Positions 58,328 to 64,000 of a stretch of 64,000 nt of DNA are shown piece by piece. The stretch's first letter is position 1. The number at the start of each line of letters is the position of its first letter. Source of the stretch: Eledone cirrhosa (taxonomy: Eukaryota). The notes below the pieces were generated by a model that saw only the letters and a program-made list of their open reading frames with translations, was not told the DNA's origin and ran no database searches. Made by a program: the position numbers and the translations under genes. The stretch spans positions 14,198,001 to 14,262,000 of the forward strand of contig OZ024744.1 in NCBI GenBank assembly GCA_964016885.1, in the 5' to 3' direction.

Positions 58328-59829
58328 ATCACTATATATATATATATATATACGTATATATATATATATAAGATCCTGTGAAAATAAACAGTCTGAGACG
58401 AGAAAGGAAGGCAACTAAACGAATACGAAGCAAAACAGTTTTCACGTGTTGATATTAGATAAGGGATGAACAAGTGTCACTTTTGAAGTGGCATATAAAA
58501 ACCTAAAAAACAAGAAAGCCGTCAGGGAATGTAACTACACCTATAACATTGACTCTTAATACCATGCCTGTGTGTGTGTATGTGAGTTTGTGTATATGTG
58601 CGCGTATGTATATATATGTATTTATATACATATATATATATAAATTTAATGTATAATAAACAATACAATATAATTACCTCATTACCAGAGGTTTCCCGAA
58701 TAAGACGAATACAAAAAACGTCCTCATTCGTTGGACGGACAAGGCAATTTAAAACATAGTGAAATATTTGAAAATCTCCTCAAGAAAGGCAAAAGTTTAA
58801 CAGGCAAAAGAAATATATATAAATAAAAGTAATGCAAGAGATATATAGATAAAATAAAGGAATATAGTTAGTGTATATGTATAAATGTGTGTATATTCAC
58901 TCACAAATGTACATATCTGTATATGTACAAATGTATGTGTATAGTGAACAAATGTGTGCTTAAGTACATATATGAGGGCAAGCATATCAGTGTATGTGTG
59001 GCCACAAATACGTATATAATATATGTTGAAAAAGAAATTGTAAGATAATATAGTTAACGTACATCCAGATTCAGGTATTACGGATTGAAATATATACACA
59101 TACAAGTATGAAAGCACGCGTATAAACATACACACACGCGCGACCACATACATGCGAGTGATATATACAGGGAAGGGAGTGTATCAGTCAAAGCAGTGTC
59201 AGGCTGAGGCTCGATACATATATAAACATGAAACAATATATGAGAATAAACATGTATTAAATCAAAGAGAAAGTAAGAGGGAGGGATTATCAATTATAAA
59301 TTAACACTAGAAAAAAATAGAAAACAAACATAGGGTTGTACGTATACATATATATATAAATATATATATATATATACGTACAGACAAAAGCACATACATA
59401 CAATGGCGCGCATACATACACACGAAGCACACACATATATATATAGGCACATGTATATCTAATCACACGTACGTACGTGACTACATATATATATATATAT
59501 ATACACACATACATTTATATATTTATGCATATATATACATATACATGCACCCATACACACACACACGTATATATAAGTATGTAAAAACATAGATATAAAA
59601 ACACATATACACACACACGCACATACAAATGCGTTCGTATACATATACAGACACGCATACACACACATGCACACTCACACGCATAGATACAAATTAAAAA
59701 CCAGCCGTATGAATAAATGAGTACAAATTATACATACATAAAAGCGGCTGAGAGACAACAGAATATATCTGGAGTTGAAAACGCAAGTGACAATGATTAT
59801 AGGTATGAAAGAAAATGGGGAAACAAAAT

Positions 59830-61535
59830 GTGAGCTGGAAAGCAAGTGTGATTTCATGTGTGGGCAACTGGTGAAAATTTCTGTTTTTGCATTTAGCAGG
59901 TTTTTGGTGATTTAAGGTTCTGTAAAATCCAATATGTTTCACTTATGCAGAGTGTGCATCTTCTTGTTCCTCTTGCATATTCTTTAGGTTGGTTCAAAAA
60001 TTGACCAATCACATTTATATTCGATGCCTTGTCTTTCAAATCCCATATTCTGCTAGCCAGAGCTGTTGTAAATCTTTTTTCAGGGTGTCGGAAAGATGCG
60101 ACATGTGAGTATAAAGCGTTTTGAATTTGTCTTGTATCATACCCACATATCGTTCGCTGGTGGCTGGTAGGTTGTTGCTGGTGGTTGTCACTTTAGCCGC
60201 ATATACAATGGCTTTGGTGTTGCCTTTACCTTGTAATGGGCATTCACTTTTGACTCTACAGGAGCAAATTTGATGTTCTCTGGGTATTTTCTTATTGAGG
60301 ATATGAGAATTAATAGGGGGACCGCAGGAGTAGCTAATTTTGACACAGTTTCTATTGAAAATCTTATAGTATCTATGTGTTCTAGGGAAATGTTTATCTA
60401 AGAGCTCTAGGAATGTTTTGCCTACATTAGATTTAATTGCTAGAGAGTAGGGGGTGTGAACCAGATTACTTTCCTTTTCCTATTATTATGTTTAAAGGTT
60501 GGGTATGTACTTAATCGGTTCGCTAAATCCGCTATTTTGAAGGGCTTTATTATAGTAGGGGGATGCCTTATTGAAAATAGCTTCTGAGGAAGAGAGGTGG
60601 AGATCCTACGGCTAATATTAGGGATAAGGTTTTTAAAAACTATAGGAGGATGGCAAGAGCCTTTATTTATATATTTTAAATTTTCATTAGGTTTATGGTA
60701 CGGTTTATAAGAAGTAGTAGGCAGATCTAGGTTTATATCTAGAAAATTAACATTGGAAAGGTTAGTGTCAATGATAATTTAAAGATTAAATTAGCGAAGG
60801 TTTTTATTAAGTCTTTCCTTAATCTATCTAAGTTATGGTCTATGGTGGTATGGGAAAGTTTTAGACCATCGTCGCGATAAAGCCCAAAGGTATGGTTAGG
60901 GAATTTCTCTTTAAGTGTCGTGGGAGGAATAGACCGACTAAATCACACATGTCAGCACTGTCATAAGAACCCATTGAGACATCGAATGGGTTCTCTGGGT
61001 TAGATATGTTTACCCAAGTGTCATTATTAGTAAAAAGTAGAGTGTTTCTAGCATGCAAAATGACATTCTCTTCAATATCAGAATATTGATAAACTTTCTA
61101 GCGAAATTTAAGGCTTTCGTTAAAAGAGGGTGAGTAATAGACGGGTAGAAGTCTACAATGTCAAATTGGGTAAATCTAGAACTATTTTTATCGTTAATAT
61201 TATTAAGCCAATGTACTACGGAAGAGCTATTTATCCATTGGAGTAATTCAGACTTACTTCTAATATGTTTGTTTATATTATTGAATATTTTTTTGCTAGC
61301 AAGACCGATTTCAGTCTTAGCAGGGTTGATTAATCTACAATTAGGACGATTAATAAAATCAGGTTTGTGATCTTGAGGGTGATATAGGCATTACGTTTAA
61401 TAAGTTTTTCTGTTCTATTGTCTATTTTTAAAGAACTAGCTAATTCTTTAGCTTCCTTATTTATAGTATTATAGGTGTTTATATTAGCTATTTGGTATTT
61501 AGAGGTGATGTTATCTGTTAAGAGTTGGTCATGTG
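59830..61535 (-). pseudogene. PLE reverse transcriptase and GIY-YIG endonuclease, frameshifted, 5'-truncated
   Basis: DHKPDF..CRLINPAKTEIG, QFDIVDFYPSI, FDVSMGSYDSADMCDLVGLF, GLYRDDGL, NFLDI, HPP, ECPLQG..AIVYAAKV..YVGMIQDKFKT. Confidence 0.93.
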
Positions 61536-62733
61536 AAGAAGATGCACACTCTGCATAAGCGAAAAATATTGGATTTTACAGAACCTTAAATCACCAAAAA
61601 CCTGCCTAAATGCAAAAACAGAAATTTTCACCAGTTGCCCACGCATGAAATCACACTTGCTTTCCAGTTAATATAAAACTTAACTCACTTTCAGATACTT
61701 ATCCTCCATAAACTCTTGTTCTTCACTTTCCTTAAATTATCCTCTTTACTGACTTCTCTTTCTGATTTACTTTTATTTTTATTTTTACTTTTATTTTTAC
61801 CTCACATCCACCAGTGACCGCCCCCCCCCCCCGCTTTTTGATTCACTTACCTAATATCTTCACAATTCCCTACATTTTACTTCCCCATTTTCTTTCACTA
61901 CCTGATATCATTTGTCACTTGCGTGTTCAACTCCAGATATATTCTGTTGTCTCTCAGCCGCTTTTATGTATGTATAATTTGTACTCATTTATTCATACGG
62001 CTGGTTTTTAATTTGTATCATATGAGTGTGAGTGTGCATGTGTGTGTATGCATGTCTGTATTTGTATACGAATGCGCGCCTTTGTATGTACGCATTATGT
62101 GATTTTGTCTGTACGTATTTTATATATATATTTATATATATATTTGTACGTACGAACCTATGTTTGTTTTCTATTTTTTCTAGTGTTAATTTATAATTGA
62201 TAACCCCTCCCTCTTACTTTCTCTTTGATTTAAAAAATGTTTATTCTCATATATTGTTTCATTTTTGTATATGAGCCTCAGACTGACACTGCTTTGACTG
62301 ATACACTCCCTTCCCTGTATATATCACTCGCATATATGTGGTCGCGCGTGTGTGTGTGTTTATACGCGTGCTTTCATACTTGTATGTGTATATATTTCAA
62401 TCCTTAATACCTGAATCTGGATGTACGTTAAATATATTATCTTACAATTTCTTTTTCAACATATATTATATACGTATTTGTGGCCACATACATTGATATG
62501 CTTGCCCTCATATATGTACTTACGCACACATTTTTTCACTATACACATACATTTGTACATACACACATATGTACATTTGTGAGTGAATATACACACATTT
62601 ATACACATACCCTAACTATATTTCCTTATTTTATCTATATATCTCTTGCATTACTTTTATTTATATATATTTTTTTGCCCGTTCAACTTTTGCCTTTCTT
62701 GAGGAGATTTTTCAAATATTTCACTATGTTTTA

Positions 62734-62810
62734 AATTGCCTTGTCCGACGAACGAATGAGGACGTTTTTGTATTCGTCTTATTCGGGAAACCTCTGGTAA
62801 TGAGGTAATT
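62734..62810 (+). ncRNA. Type I hammerhead ribozyme, CCGACGA core variant
   Basis: AATTGCCTTGT-CCGACGA-aCGAATGAG..CTTATTCGg-GAAA-CCTCTGG-TA-ATGAGGTAATT (11-bp stem I). Confidence 0.75.
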
Positions 62811-63403
62811 ATATTGTATTGTTTATTATACATTAAATTTAGCTCTGGTACTTACATAGAGCACTCTTCACTCCTATGACTTTTTCAATTTTCAACGGAA
62901 ACTTCAATACCTATATATATATATAAATACATAAAAATGAACGAATACAGACAGGAGTGTTACCTCATCAGTGGACCGTTAGGGACTCGTTGTTTCGGTA
63001 CTTTAGGGTCAATACAACTGGCTCTAGTGCACAAATGACAGCAACAAATGGACAAAGAACAAGACAGTAGTCTTAATGACCATTTACAAATAATTGTTTC
63101 TACTTTTGGCACAAGTCCAGCAATTATCCAGTGTATTACTGGTACTTTATTTTATCGACCCCGTAAGGACGAAAGGCAAAGTTAACCATTTACAAATAAT
63201 GTACAAAGTACAGTAACAAATGCATAACAGATAAGACGATAGTCCCAACAACTATTTACAAATTATAGCAAATTTGCTACTAACCCTATGATTTACAACT
63301 GAAAAGATATTGATCAGGTCCAACATATCGATTAGCCAAGAAGGAGAAGTGATAGATAATATGCTAACATTAATAAAGTTATTTTCCGTTTGCTTGGAAG
63401 TCC

Positions 63404-63469
<66 letters not shown>

Positions 63470-63691
63470 TTTGATAACTGGAAGAAGCGTTGGGGAGTAT
63501 AAAAAATGGGTAGGTTTGGGACGCCGCTACAATACAAATATTGATGAAACAAAGTCGGTTGAGGAAGAAGCGACATGCAATTATATTTACAAATGAACCT
63601 ACAAATACCCATACTTAGTACTTTATTTATTTTACATATACATTATTATTTGCTACTTGCTTTAATTCTCGTTTATTCCATTCTATTGTAG

Positions 63692-64000
63692 CCTGAAAAA
63701 ACCTACGACAAAACAGTGCTGTAATGGACGACAATCTACTAAAACATCTCAATTAGCTAAAAAAGACACTGATGATTCTGAAATATGCCAGAAAATATTA
63801 ATGGAAGTTATGAAAGACCGATCAGTGTTATCTAAAATTTCTGCCTTGAAAAGTCGTTTACAAATGTTGACATTAATGGTAAATGATTGTGAGGAATATT
63901 TACGACAAAAGGAAAAACACCGTTTACGCCAACAACAGAAGAAAACTATAATACGGATTACCTTAGCAACAGTTATTACTAGTGTGACAATATTTATTAT
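63692..64000 (+). CDS. Candidate host-gene exon: coiled-coil followed by a hydrophobic segment (runs off edge)
   Basis: Pyrimidine-rich ...TTCTATTGTAG acceptor; over 100 open codons LKKPTTKQCC...KISALKSRLQMLTLMVNDCEEYLRQKEKHRLRQQQKKTIIRITLATVITSVTIFI. Confidence 0.55.

Larger units (their letters stand above)
58641..62910 (-). mobile_element. Penelope-like element with RT plus GIY-YIG pseudogene and about 1.3-kb inverted arms
   Basis: Arms 58641-59965 and 61537-62841; HHRs at 58672-58749(-, mutated) and 62734-62810(+); tail 62842-62910 on the right only. Confidence 0.93.

Overview
Repeat-dense, AT-rich eukaryotic (animal) DNA with no complete host gene. The tRNA-derived SINE family and the very high (TA)n/(CA)n/(TACA)n load resemble octopus/coleoid genomes (inference, not verified). 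Contents: the 5' end of a Gypsy LTR element (gag, PBS, LTR); fragments of RLE-type and RTE LINEs; a Tx1/L1-like element split by a 4-kb insert carrying a near-complete PHD-RT-RLE (CRE-like) retrotransposon; SINEs, MITEs, a non-autonomous Helitron, solo LTRs, a 7-kb AT satellite and a few candidate host exons. The dominant signal is a dense set of Penelope-like element (PLE) insertions built as large inverted repeats (arms about 30 bp to 1.3 kb). Their arms carry type I hammerhead ribozyme (HHR) folds (over 20 copies, about 10 unrelated families). Several families share a second, covarying bulged hairpin (RCTC-stem-loop-stem-TH-GAGY) 3' of the HHR. One arm of each insertion stops just before this hairpin and the other keeps it, which suggests a conserved RNA signal that sets the reverse-transcription start in a two-ended or fold-back insertion mechanism. 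All folds were read by eye.
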